Shown: positions 19,347 to 28,347 of the stretch, piece by piece
Layout: each line of letters begins with the position of its first letter
Position numbering within the stretch: the stretch's first letter is position 1
Assembly (NCBI GenBank): GCA_041659505.1
Contig: JBAZYF010000005.1
Span: 57,779 to 121,778, forward strand
DNA length: 64,000 nt
From: Parcubacteria group bacterium
GTDB lineage: Bacteria; Patescibacteriota; Minisyncoccia; Moranbacterales; UBA2206
Reading direction: 5' to 3'
Notes under the pieces: model-generated
What the model saw: only the letters and a program-made list of their open reading frames with translations
What the model was told of the DNA's origin: nothing
Databases searched by the model: none
Position numbers and translations under genes: made by a program

Positions 19347-19498
19347 CCCCTTCGCCCTTAGGGAGAAGGTGGCCGAAGGCCGGATGAGGGAAAGGGCGTT
19401 ACATTGAGATAAAACTAAATTAGCTTAGATCATTCCTAGTGCATAGCCCTTGCCCTCACCTGTCACGTGCTCGTGACATCCTCTCCCGAAGGGCGAGG
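19347..19498. repeat. Inverted pair of REP-like elements (CCCTCA..CTCTCCC..GGGAGA family)
   Basis: cccttcgcccttagggagaaggtggccgaaggccggatgaggg and inverted ccctcacctg..cctctcccgaagggcgagg. Confidence 0.75.
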
Positions 19499-19515
19499 AG
19501 GAAATAGTATTCCAT

Positions 19516-20151
19516 ATGCTAGTTAGCGGAGAAAAAAAGCAGAGAGTTATTTTTAGGGCAGGAATATTTCTGGTTGCCTTTTCTCTGCTTTTATTTTTTT
19601 TAATCTTTTATCCGGTTATCAAAACGGAAATCGGTTTTCTTTTTTCCGCTAAAAAACCAGACGTGAAGATCGGGTTGGTTGGAGCAGGCAATGAAGTTTC
19701 TGGTGACGTGATTATTCCGGCGAGTTCGGACTTCAGCTTGATCATTCCGAAGCTTGAAATCAATTCAAAAGTGGTTGCCAATGTTGATCCGTTTTCTGCC
19801 AAAGATTATCGTGAAGCGTTGAAAGAGGGTATTGCCCATGCCAAGGGGACGAGATTGCCTGGCGAGGATGGAAATATTTTTATGTTCGCGCATTCCTCGG
19901 GAAATTTCTATGATACGAACCGGACGAATACGCTTTTTTTTCTACTGAATAAATTGGAAAAAGACGACAAACTTTCAGTGGTGTATAAAAATAAAATCTT
20001 TCGCTATCAAGTGGCAGAAAAAAAGATCGTGGCTGGAGATGCGGTAGAATATCTCAAGGATGAGAGGGATGAAGAAAGTTTGACGCTGATGACTTGCTGG
20101 CCGCCGGGGACGGATTATGAGCGACTGATCGTTGTGGCGGAAAAAGTCTAA
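19516..20151 (+). CDS. Sortase
   Basis: N-terminal TM; GNIFMFAHS (His), LTLMTCWPPG (TLxTC), downstream Arg in YERLIV. Confidence 0.92.
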   Translation: MLVSGEKKQRVIFRAGIFLVAFSLLLFFLIFYPVIKTEIGFLFSAKKPDVKIGLVGAGNEVSGDVIIPASSDFSLIIPKLEINSKVVANVDPFSAKDYREALKEGIAHAKGTRLPGEDGNIFMFAHSSGNFYDTNRTNTLFFLLNKLEKDDKLSVVYKNKIFRYQVAEKKIVAGDAVEYLKDERDEESLTLMTCWPPGTDYERLIVVAEKV

Positions 20152-20681
20152 AGATTTTTTTTGCCAAAAAGAACAGTGACGTAGAAATATTCTTTTTCCT
20201 CCTTGCTGATTTTTTCTGTCCCGATACCGATATCAAAAAAATTCTCTCCTAGGATATTTTCACGATGCGTCACGGATCCCATCCACGCAGACACGGTCTG
20301 GTCGGGGGAAGAGAAGTTGCGCGCCAGATTTTCTCCAGCGTACTTATAATCATAGCCGTTTTTCTCAATTGATCCCCAGACGAAATTTCCCTCGGGAGTC
20401 TGGTGGGAAAAATAATTCCGGCGGAGCATATCCTCCGTTTTTTGATTGGCTGCCATATTTAATTGGGCATTGATCGTCAGTGGAGGCAATTTTTTGGTAG
20501 ATCTCTCCTCATTAATACGTCGCACAATTTGCGCTTCAAAAGAGCTGAGCTGAGGTGCACTGGCACTGCTTGCGTTGGCTATTTTATTTTCTTCTCCGAG
20601 AATATGTACTGAGAGGATCTGCCACAACAAAAAAGCGCAGATTCCCAACAGGAGATATCGCGGAACGCTTTTTTTCAACAT
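20148..20681 (-). CDS. CAP/SCP domain secreted protein
   Basis: INEER, RNYFSHQTP, YKYAGENLA, WMGSVTHRENIL; GGAG RBS 7 nt before ATG 20681. Confidence 0.9.
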   Translation of the reverse strand: MLKKSVPRYLLLGICAFLLWQILSVHILGEENKIANASSASAPQLSSFEAQIVRRINEERSTKKLPPLTINAQLNMAANQKTEDMLRRNYFSHQTPEGNFVWGSIEKNGYDYKYAGENLARNFSSPDQTVSAWMGSVTHRENILGENFFDIGIGTEKISKEEKEYFYVTVLFGKKNL

Positions 20682-20714
20682 AAAAAGGCTCCGTGAAATC
20701 CGTTGAGCCCTATC

Positions 20715-20746
20715 TACAAAAAGGCGCACTAAAAAAAGCGTCTTTT
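20715..20746 (-). terminator. Riboswitch expression-platform terminator
   Basis: On the - strand AAAAGACGC..GCGCCTTTTT. Confidence 0.55.
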
Positions 20747-20753
20747 AGGTGAT

Positions 20754-20837
20754 GAGCAAGTGACCGGTTACGCCACTGACTTCCCGTGGTTCAAGGCGTC
20801 CAAAATAAGGACCACGGTTCAACGTCTTCACTAACTC
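20754..20837 (-). ncRNA. c-di-GMP-II riboswitch aptamer
   Basis: AGUGA-AGAC-GUUGAA-CCGUGGU..UAUUUUGGACGC-CUUG-AACCACGG-GAAGUCAGUGGCGU-AACCGG-UCACU matches the class II layout, with compensatory pairs GAC/GUC and ACGC/GCGU. Confidence 0.85.
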
Positions 20838-20868
20838 TAAAAATTAAAATCTTAGGTACTTGGTTCAC

Positions 20869-20896
20869 ATTATAGTTATTTTCCCTTTTCTGTCAA
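20869..20896 (-). promoter_or_regulatory. sigma70 promoter driving the riboswitch-CAP gene
   Basis: TTGACA-16nt-TATAAT on the - strand. Confidence 0.8.
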
Positions 20897-21163
20897 TTTT
20901 TCCAGCGCCTAGACAAGTATTGGCTTGAAATAAGCTTATTTAGTGCTAGTATTTTTTAGACATTTTTCAAAAAAAAGAAATTTTTGGTCATTTTTCATCC
21001 GCGCTTGCCAAAACTGTTCATTTGTGCTAGAATAATATATTGGTTTTTTAACAACTGAATGTTCATAGAACTCACGCATTTGACCCGCAATTTTAGGGTT
21101 TTCGGGTTGGATGAGTGAGTTTTATGAATGACAAAATAATCTAAAAAGAGAAGGAGAAAAAAG

Positions 21164-21505
21164 ATGAGAATTTTGGTAATCGAAGAGGACTTGATGATGG
21201 CACATTTCCTTAAGGAAATACTGGCTAGTCTGTTTCCTGGTTGCGAGACTGGTGGCACGTATAGACAAGAAAGTGAAGCCCTACTGAAGGAGGGCTGGGA
21301 TATTGTTGTGCATGGCTTGAGTTCTGGTCAGAATAGCGCTATGTTTTTGCAAAAAATAAAAAGACGGTATCCTAGTATTATGACCGTTCTTGTTATGGGG
21401 ATTCTTGGAAGGGATGACAATGCCAACTTAATTGTTGACTATGTCTGGGAAAGTCCATTCGATCATAATCCGTTGAAGGAGGCTGTGAAAATTTTCTTTG
21501 GCTGA
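21164..21505 (+). CDS. Pseudo-receiver domain protein
   Basis: RILVIEED..WDIVVHGL (phosphoacceptor Asp replaced by His), ESPF in place of KPF; AGGAG RBS. Confidence 0.65.
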   Translation: MRILVIEEDLMMAHFLKEILASLFPGCETGGTYRQESEALLKEGWDIVVHGLSSGQNSAMFLQKIKRRYPSIMTVLVMGILGRDDNANLIVDYVWESPFDHNPLKEAVKIFFG

Positions 21506-21516
21506 AAGGAGGCAAC

Positions 21517-21882
21517 TTGCTGAATAATATTCCTCCCATAAATGATCTATTGATAGGAGCCACTAAGGATGTTCTCCTGTTAGTTTTTCTTCTGGTAACT
21601 TTTTTTATTTTTTTGAAAGGAGGGCTTATGGTTGATGGCAAAACAGCAGCTGCAGGTGGCGCACTTGGCGACGATGCCGAGCGCTATGCCGAAAAAATTT
21701 TTCCCGGGGAGAAGTCCTCTCTGATACCAGCAATGACCAAGAGTAAGTTTCCTCTCGAACAAACACTGTTCGGGCCGGTTCCTCGGAAAATGAAAAAACA
21801 AAAAAAGAGGAAAGGAACAAACAATGATTCGGGCAGGATTCAGCAGGCACTCCCACTTAATGATGGAAAGGGGGAGGCATGA
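21517..21882 (+). CDS. Hypothetical protein (alternative start 21628)
   Basis: AAAGGAGG RBS before both TTG 21517 and in-frame ATG 21628. Confidence 0.5.
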   Translation: MLNNIPPINDLLIGATKDVLLLVFLLVTFFIFLKGGLMVDGKTAAAGGALGDDAERYAEKIFPGEKSSLIPAMTKSKFPLEQTLFGPVPRKMKKQKKRKGTNNDSGRIQQALPLNDGKGEA

Positions 21883-22121
21883 AAGAGTGGAAAAAATGCA
21901 CTCTGTCGCTGGTCATTTCGCTCATCGTATTCGTAATCACCTTGGCAATAGCGCTGGCAATTGAAAATCTGGAAAAAAAATATATGACCCACCTTGATGA
22001 TTCAATGGTCTGTAATATATCATTTTCCATTGGTTCAGCCTTGTTGGCTTTTGTGTTGGCGATTGTTTTCCTGGACATTCGTCCGAGGAACGCGAAGCTT
22101 ACACGAAAGGAGGTTGGCTAG
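21879..22121 (+). CDS. Small two-TM membrane protein
   Basis: GGGGAGG RBS, ATGA overlap, two hydrophobic helices. Confidence 0.65.
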   Translation: MKEWKKCTLSLVISLIVFVITLAIALAIENLEKKYMTHLDDSMVCNISFSIGSALLAFVLAIVFLDIRPRNAKLTRKEVG

Positions 22122-22270
22122 TGGAGATTTTCTGGATAATCGTCAGAAGTCCCACTTTCGTCATAATCGTGGTTGTGGTGTTTCTCTACTTGAAATCAAA
22201 AGGTTATTTTAATTTTCGGGCGAAGGAGGAATCCTTGCTCAAGACGAAGGGGGTGCCGTGGGAAGAGTGA
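22121..22270 (+). CDS. 49-aa single-TM peptide (not in ORF track)
   Basis: AAAGGAGGT RBS; GTG overlaps the upstream TAG; MEIFWIIVRSPTFVIIVVVVFLYLKSKG.. Confidence 0.55.
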   Translation: MEIFWIIVRSPTFVIIVVVVFLYLKSKGYFNFRAKEESLLKTKGVPWEE

Positions 22271-22458
22271 TGTTGACTGTTGTCTGGGCGTTCATCTTAA
22301 TTGCATTGCTCTGGATCGCGTTTGATAAAACGAGATCAGATGCGTGGCGAATAGCGGCTTCGATGGTTGCTGTCGGTGGCTGTTTATTGGTCAATTGGAT
22401 GAATAATCGCACATCGTGCAGGACAAGGAAGGAGGCGATGACTATTGAAAAAAGCTAG
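22258..22458 (+). CDS. Small two-TM membrane protein
   Basis: AAGGGGGT RBS, two hydrophobic helices. Confidence 0.6.
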   Translation: MGRVMLTVVWAFILIALLWIAFDKTRSDAWRIAASMVAVGGCLLVNWMNNRTSCRTRKEAMTIEKS

Positions 22459-22534
22459 TCGTTTCGTGCTGGGAGTGCTTGCCGCTGTAGCTGCAGGCTT
22501 AGCAATCGGGGCAATCATAAAAGTTTGCGGTTAA
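22445..22534 (+). CDS. 29-aa single-TM peptide (not in ORF track)
   Basis: GGAGG RBS, TTG start, MKKASRFVLGVLAAVAAGLAIGAIIKVCG. Confidence 0.5.
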   Translation: MKKASRFVLGVLAAVAAGLAIGAIIKVCG

Positions 22535-22642
22535 GTAACAGCCCAAAATTTTTTGGAGGAAAAATTTTGGGCTATAGGGGTTTCGAGATTTAGTCGAGCC
22601 CCTTTTTTATTTGGGAATTTTCGTTTTTTTGTGATAATCTAG

Positions 22643-22831
22643 TGTCATCCCTGCCTATCGGCAGGCAGGCCCGAGAAGTCGGGGATCCATGCACCTCAGA
22701 TTTTAAATTAAGAAAAAACGAATTATTGAAATTCAAGACTAACTGAAATTGAGAGCTTGCTGGACTTGCATCTCGATTTTCCAGAGTTAATAACTAGTGG
22801 AACCTGGATTCCCGCCTTCGCGGGAATGACA
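22643..22831. repeat. dRS3/REP-like inverted element with a nested CCTGCC..GGCAGG palindrome
   Basis: tgtcatc[cctgcctatcggcaggcagg]cccgagaagtcggggatcca ... tggattcccgccttcgcgggaatgaca. Confidence 0.8.
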
Positions 22832-22871
22832 CATTTTTTAACCAGTTTTGAAATTAGAAATTTAGCATATT

Positions 22872-23591
22872 ATGGATTTCAAATACACCAGTCTAATTCT
22901 TTCCAAGTGCGACATCAATGAAGTTGATCGGATCTATAACTTTTTTACTTTGGAAGAAGGCAAAATTCAGGCAGTAGGGAGGGGAGTGAGAAAACCGAAT
23001 GCGAAATTGGCGGGGAATTTGGAGCCGCTGACGCACTCAGAAATTTATGTTTCCAGGAAAAAAGGACTGGGGCGGATTACCGGGGCGATTGCTGTCAATA
23101 ATTTTTCCGCTGTGAAAGCGGATTTTTCGGCGACGAGTCGGGTGTTTTGGGCGCTGTCTCTTTTTGATAAATTGATCACCCAACAAGAAAAAGACGCGCG
23201 CGTGTTTGAACTTTTTTTAGAATATCTGGAAGCGATGGAAAAACTAAGCTTGGAAAAAAAGGCGGAGTATAAATTTGACGTGGTCACTTTGGGATTTTTA
23301 TTCAAGTTGATGGAAAGTTTGGGCTACAAGATTCGGGTGGAATATTGCGCCAATTGTGGCCAAAAAATCACCGCCGGGAATGATAACTATTTTAGCGCTG
23401 AGCGGGGTGGGGCGCTGTGCGCCGAGTGCGCCAAGACCGAACGGAAGAAGGTGCGAAACAGTGACTCGTCGATCAAGCTTGTGAAAATATTTTTGAAAAA
23501 TAAGATCGGGAGTTTTTCTAAATTGGAAGTGAATGAAAAAGATCTGCGCGAATTGAAGTTGATCTGGAAAGAGTTGATCGATTGGGTCTAG
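22872..23591 (+). CDS. recO: DNA repair protein RecO
   Basis: EVDRIYNFFTLEEGKI..GVRKPNAKLAG; Zn finger CANC..CAEC. Confidence 0.93.
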   Translation: MDFKYTSLILSKCDINEVDRIYNFFTLEEGKIQAVGRGVRKPNAKLAGNLEPLTHSEIYVSRKKGLGRITGAIAVNNFSAVKADFSATSRVFWALSLFDKLITQQEKDARVFELFLEYLEAMEKLSLEKKAEYKFDVVTLGFLFKLMESLGYKIRVEYCANCGQKITAGNDNYFSAERGGALCAECAKTERKKVRNSDSSIKLVKIFLKNKIGSFSKLEVNEKDLRELKLIWKELIDWV

Positions 23592-23707
23592 CTTAAGGGA
23601 AGGTACTTGCAGTTTAGTGGTGGTAGCTTTCCGCTGTTGCTAACTTTTTATTTCGTGGTATAATAAATTGGACGGTTAGATAAGAAACAAAAAACTATCA
23701 ATAATAG

Positions 23708-24853
23708 ATGTTTGATTTTAATTTCAAAAAAAACGTATTCCTCGGAATTGATATCGGTACGGCTTCCGTGAAGATTGTTGAGCTTAAGATAGTAGATGGA
23801 AAGACAATCTTATCTAACTATGCCTGGATGCCACTTGGCGGAGATATTTTGGGAAAAAATAAGGCGGATGCGGATTATCTGCAGACTGTCCTGCCTCAGT
23901 GTATCAAGAAAATCATCAAAAAGGCGAAGATTTCTGGAAGAAATGCCTATGTGTCTTTGCCGGCTTTCGGTGGACTCATTGCGCTTATTGATTTTCCTGA
24001 GATGGCTGATGGCGATATGGAGCAAGCAATAAAGTTCGAAGCGCATAAATATGTGCCAACATCGCTTGATGAGGTTGTGATCAGTTGGGAAATCGTGGAA
24101 AGGGGAACTGGTGCGGTCACTGAGATGCCTCAAGAGAAGGACTTTTTAGGGGCTCCGTCCGGCAAGAATGTTGATTCGGGAGAAAAGATCAAGGTGTTGC
24201 TTGTGGCTGCTTCACGGAAGAAAGTTTTGTGTTATGAAAATTTGATCAAGGCGTCTGGATTGAGTTTGCGTTCGATCGACATCGAGACTTTTTCCATCGT
24301 TCGTTCGCTCGTCGGCAATGATTTGGGTAATTTCATCATCGTAGATATCGGGGCACGGGTTTGTAATATTATTTTAGTTGAGAAGGGCATAATCAGGATC
24401 AATCGCAATATTGATGCAGGGGGGATAGAAATGACTAAGACGATTGCCAAGGCAATGGGGATTGATTTTGAGAGAGCAGAGGCACTGAAAGTTTCTGGTA
24501 GGGATTTTTTTGCTGCCGATTCGGCTATCAGTTTTTTTACATTGGAACTTATCACGGGCGAGGTAGAACGGATAATCCGTACCTGTCATAAAGATGGAGA
24601 GCAGAATACCCCAGACAGGCTGATCCTATCTGGCGGGACGTCAAAGTTGGTCGGTATGGGGAAATATTTTTCTGATAAATTGCAGATAGAGGTGGTTATT
24701 GGCAATCCTTTTGCGCGGATTAGTTATGACAGCAGATTGGAGCCTTCTATCTCTAATATTCAAAATAATTTTGCGGTAGCTGTCGGATTGGCGTTGAAAG
24801 GAGTGGAGGAGTATCACAAAAAGGAACTAGTTAAGAAAGTAATTTTAAAATAA
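23708..24853 (+). CDS. pilM: Type IV pilus assembly protein PilM
   Basis: LGIDIGTASVKIVEL, EAHKYVP, VLLVAA, IVDIGA, ILSGGTS, IGNPF, AVAVGLAL. Confidence 0.95.
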   Translation: MFDFNFKKNVFLGIDIGTASVKIVELKIVDGKTILSNYAWMPLGGDILGKNKADADYLQTVLPQCIKKIIKKAKISGRNAYVSLPAFGGLIALIDFPEMADGDMEQAIKFEAHKYVPTSLDEVVISWEIVERGTGAVTEMPQEKDFLGAPSGKNVDSGEKIKVLLVAASRKKVLCYENLIKASGLSLRSIDIETFSIVRSLVGNDLGNFIIVDIGARVCNIILVEKGIIRINRNIDAGGIEMTKTIAKAMGIDFERAEALKVSGRDFFAADSAISFFTLELITGEVERIIRTCHKDGEQNTPDRLILSGGTSKLVGMGKYFSDKLQIEVVIGNPFARISYDSRLEPSISNIQNNFAVAVGLALKGVEEYHKKELVKKVILK

Positions 24854-24928
24854 ATTTAAACATCCTGCTGAGTCCCGCTGGCCGGGAATCGTCCTTGTGG
24901 GGACGAATCTGACAGGATAAAAATAAAA

Positions 24929-25441
24929 ATGGCAAATATAAATTTGGTCACCGACAAGGAAGAAACCAAAATGATGGGAATGGGCACTAGCGTTCTTCTC
25001 GCTGTGTTCTTTCTGGTCATTTTAATTTATTGCGGCTTATTTTTCTATGGGAAAAAGCTGAGCAAGGATACTGATGCTCTGACTGCCGCATACAGCGCTA
25101 AGCGTAGCAGTTTTATTGTTGGCGATTCAAAGAGGGTGTTAGATTTTCAAAATAGACTATCGATTTCGAATGATCTTTTAGCTCAAGAGCGCAATGCCAA
25201 TCAAAACGTGGTAAAAGTGGAAGAATCGATGATTGCCGGCGTCTATTTGAGCGCCTACGAATATGATGACGACACAAAAGCAATCACGCTTGATTGCTAT
25301 GCGGATAATTATGAGATGGTCGCTAAACAGATCTTAAGTTTTAAGAGCTCTGATTATTTTACATCTGTTCTTGCGGGAGAGAGTGAATTTGACACGAGGC
25401 TTAATAAGATTAGTTTTACGGTTGTTTTAAAAATTAAATAA
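24929..25441 (+). CDS. pilN: PilN-like protein
   Basis: N-terminal NINL motif, single TM, position after pilM. Confidence 0.75.
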   Translation: MANINLVTDKEETKMMGMGTSVLLAVFFLVILIYCGLFFYGKKLSKDTDALTAAYSAKRSSFIVGDSKRVLDFQNRLSISNDLLAQERNANQNVVKVEESMIAGVYLSAYEYDDDTKAITLDCYADNYEMVAKQILSFKSSDYFTSVLAGESEFDTRLNKISFTVVLKIK

Positions 25442-25447
25442 AAAAAT

Positions 25448-26242
25448 ATGAAAATAAAAATATTACTCGCCCCGTCGCTGATCGTTTTAATAATAGTAAC
25501 AATTATTTGGTACGCCTATCCGGCTTATACTAACGGAGTCGATGGCGTCAAGGAGAGAAGCGAAAAATTGGTCCAGCAAGAAAGTCTGATGTCGGGTCTG
25601 GATGGTCGCATCAGCAATGCCAATAAATTAGTGGCAGATCTGGATTCTAATTCCTTCGAAAACTCAGTTGTTTTTAATTATGTTCCAGTGAATACGGAGG
25701 AAGAGAAGATTATTGATAACCTGAATTCTTTAGCAAAGAACAATGCCTTGTCCGTGCTTAATATTTCAGTTTTTCCGGAAAAAGAAACTGCCGTAGTGGT
25801 GCCGACTATCGATGCTAGTGCTACTAGCTATCTCCCTGTCTCTGGCAATGCGGGGGCTCCTGCTCCTGTGACGCCGAAGGCGGTGCCAAAAAATTTGGAA
25901 GTGAATTTTTCTGTACTGGGGGAATACGAAAATATAAAAAGTTTGCTCGGAAAAATTCAGAAGCTGAAAAGATTTGACAAAGTTTCTGCACTGACAATAA
26001 AGACACTGATCAATAGCGATCAGGTCGTGAGCGCTTCACTGCAAGCAGATATTACTTTGGAATTTAATTATCTCGATGAGCTGAAGAGGTTGGCGGATGG
26101 GGATATTGATAATGACATCTTCGTCAGGGGAGCTTTTGATAAGCAGGTGATAGGAAAAATTAAAGATAGTCGCAACATCGATGTTAACAATGTTCTTCCT
26201 GGCGAAAGAGGTGGGAACAATCCTTTTAATGTCGCAAAATAA
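25448..26242 (+). CDS. pilO: PilO-like protein
   Basis: TM plus coiled coil; FSVLGEYENIKSLLGKIQKLKR; position in operon. Confidence 0.75.
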   Translation: MKIKILLAPSLIVLIIVTIIWYAYPAYTNGVDGVKERSEKLVQQESLMSGLDGRISNANKLVADLDSNSFENSVVFNYVPVNTEEEKIIDNLNSLAKNNALSVLNISVFPEKETAVVVPTIDASATSYLPVSGNAGAPAPVTPKAVPKNLEVNFSVLGEYENIKSLLGKIQKLKRFDKVSALTIKTLINSDQVVSASLQADITLEFNYLDELKRLADGDIDNDIFVRGAFDKQVIGKIKDSRNIDVNNVLPGERGGNNPFNVAK

Positions 26243-27912
26243 TGACCAAAAAAGTGGCGGAGAAAAACGATGGAGATCTGAGTGGCGATGTTCCTGCCGG
26301 ACAGGGAATCAGTCAGAATCTTTTGCGTGAGGTGCCGAAGAATATTCCGGGCAATGTTGTCAACATAATTCCCAAAGAAGTAGCTGAGAAATATGGCATG
26401 ATGGCTTTTGAAAAATCAGAAGGCATCTTGAAAATTGCCATGCTTTATCCGGAAAATGTTGAAGCGCTCAATGCTTTGAATTTTGTGGCAGAAAAAGAAA
26501 AGGCAAGAATTGAAACATACGCTGTTTCTCCTGATATTTTCTCTGGCCTGTTTGTTTTATACAATGAAACTAATGAAGCATTGAAGGAAGCGGTGGATTC
26601 TTTTGAGGACGAAAAATATCGGATGGATGTTGATGACAGCGGAAAGAGTGATAAAAAAAAAGAAAAGGAGATTCTGAAAGATGCTCCTGTGACCAAATTG
26701 GTAGAGGTGGTTATCAGTCATGCCGTGGAAGGAAAGGCAAGCGATATCCATATTGAGCCAATGGACAAAGACTATCGAGTGCGTTTCAGAGTGGATGGAG
26801 TGCTTCATGTCAGCTTGATTTTTCCACTTGAGATTGGGCCAGTGGTGATTTCTCGGATAAAGATTTTGGCAAATCTAAAAATTGATGAAAAGAGAAAGCC
26901 CCAGGATGGAAGGTTCCGGCTAAACTTCAATAAGAAGGACATTGATTTTCGCGTATCCTCATTGCCTGTGGTCGGTGGAGAAAAAATTGTGATGCGGATT
27001 TTGGACAAAGATGGCGGCACGGGCAGTATTGATGCTTTAGGGCTGGTAGGAAGAGCGAGGACCGATATTGAAAAAGCCATCCAGGAAACCTATGGAATGA
27101 TTCTGATGACTGGTCCGACAGGCAGTGGAAAATCAACCACCCTTTATACGCTGTTGAAAATTCTAAACAATGAAGAGCGAAATATTATCACGCTGGAAGA
27201 TCCAGTCGAGTACTTTATCGAAGGGATGAATCAAAGCCAGGTCAAGCCGGAAATCGGCTATACTTTTGCTTCAGGGCTCCGTACAGTTTTGCGTCAAGAT
27301 CCAAATGTGATTATGGTGGGCGAAATCCGTGACGGCGAAACTGCTGAACTTGCTGTGCATGCGGCGCTCACAGGGCATCTGATGTTTTCCACCTTACACA
27401 CAAACACGGCAATTGGCGCTATTCCACGTCTGATCGATATGGGCATCGAGCCCTTTCTTCTCTCTTCATCGTTACGGATGGTAATTGCACAAAGATTGGT
27501 GCGTCGGATCTGTGAAAAGTGCAAAAAGGAAAAAGAAATTTCTGCTGTTGTTGGGTCCAGGATAATAGATAAAATTAAAAATATTTCCGCTAAACAAGTA
27601 GAAGATTATGGAATTAACCTAACTGATGGGGTCAAGTTTTATCATGGCGAGGGATGTGATGCATGCAACGGGACAGGACTGAAGGGCCGGGTGGCTATTT
27701 ATGAAGCAGTGCCAGTGACGGAAGCGATAAAAAATATCATTATTGAAAAAAGAGGAAGTGAGGAGCTGATAAAAAAAGAACGTGATCGGATGGGAGTTCT
27801 TACGATCGAGCAGGACGGAGTCTTGAAGATTCTAAAAGGCCTCACGACGATCGAAGAAGTGGAGCGGGTTACTGAATGTAATTTTACCACGCTAGAGGAA
27901 GCTAATGATTGA
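26242..27912 (+). CDS. pilB: Type IV pilus extension ATPase (PilB/GspE)
   Basis: ASDIHIEP, PQDGR, GPTGSGKSTT, TLEDPVE, LRQDPNVIMVGEIRD, CEKC..CDAC. Confidence 0.96.
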   Translation: MTKKVAEKNDGDLSGDVPAGQGISQNLLREVPKNIPGNVVNIIPKEVAEKYGMMAFEKSEGILKIAMLYPENVEALNALNFVAEKEKARIETYAVSPDIFSGLFVLYNETNEALKEAVDSFEDEKYRMDVDDSGKSDKKKEKEILKDAPVTKLVEVVISHAVEGKASDIHIEPMDKDYRVRFRVDGVLHVSLIFPLEIGPVVISRIKILANLKIDEKRKPQDGRFRLNFNKKDIDFRVSSLPVVGGEKIVMRILDKDGGTGSIDALGLVGRARTDIEKAIQETYGMILMTGPTGSGKSTTLYTLLKILNNEERNIITLEDPVEYFIEGMNQSQVKPEIGYTFASGLRTVLRQDPNVIMVGEIRDGETAELAVHAALTGHLMFSTLHTNTAIGAIPRLIDMGIEPFLLSSSLRMVIAQRLVRRICEKCKKEKEISAVVGSRIIDKIKNISAKQVEDYGINLTDGVKFYHGEGCDACNGTGLKGRVAIYEAVPVTEAIKNIIIEKRGSEELIKKERDRMGVLTIEQDGVLKILKGLTTIEEVERVTECNFTTLEEAND

Positions 27913-27953
27913 TTTTTAATTTAATTTTTCTAAGTTGATTTGTTTACAGCTAT

Positions 27954-28343
27954 ATGGAAGAAAGCAGGAAAAAAATAATGATTATCGAGGATGATTATTT
28001 TGTGCTCGATATCTATCACACAAAGCTGACCCAAGAAGGCTTTGAAGTGCTTGATGCGAAGGATGGCGGAGAAGGATTGGAGAAATTGCGGACACAAGAA
28101 AAACTTCCCGATCTGATCCTTTTGGATATCATCATGCCAAATCTGGGAGGATTGGACGTCCTAGGCGCAATCAAGCAGGATGAGCGTTTAAGGAATATTC
28201 CCATAATCCTTCTGACCAATTTGAGCCAGAAGGATGAAATAGATAAGGGATTGGAGTTGGGAGCGACTGATTACCTGATCAAATCGCATTTTACTCCATC
28301 GGAAGTCCTGGAAAAAATTAATAGTGTGCTTAGTAAAGCTTAA
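27954..28343 (+). CDS. Stand-alone response regulator receiver within the pilus operon
   Basis: IIEDD, LILLDIIMP, LLTN, YLIKS. Confidence 0.92.
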   Translation: MEESRKKIMIIEDDYFVLDIYHTKLTQEGFEVLDAKDGGEGLEKLRTQEKLPDLILLDIIMPNLGGLDVLGAIKQDERLRNIPIILLTNLSQKDEIDKGLELGATDYLIKSHFTPSEVLEKINSVLSKA

Positions 28344-28347
28344 AAAT

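Noticed and set aside
20731-20862. 6S RNA (TTGAACC motifs, long hairpin)
   Set aside because: Too short, the two TTGAACC copies are direct rather than complementary, and the c-di-GMP-II layout explains the conserved segments.
24865-24910. Hammerhead ribozyme (CTGcTGA-GTCCC..GGGAC-GAAt)
   Set aside because: Two invariant core positions differ and no stem I/III with a cleavage triplet is evident.
26242-26500. c-di-GMP-binding MshEN motif in PilB
   Set aside because: The RLGxxL motifs are absent; the N-terminus is truncated.
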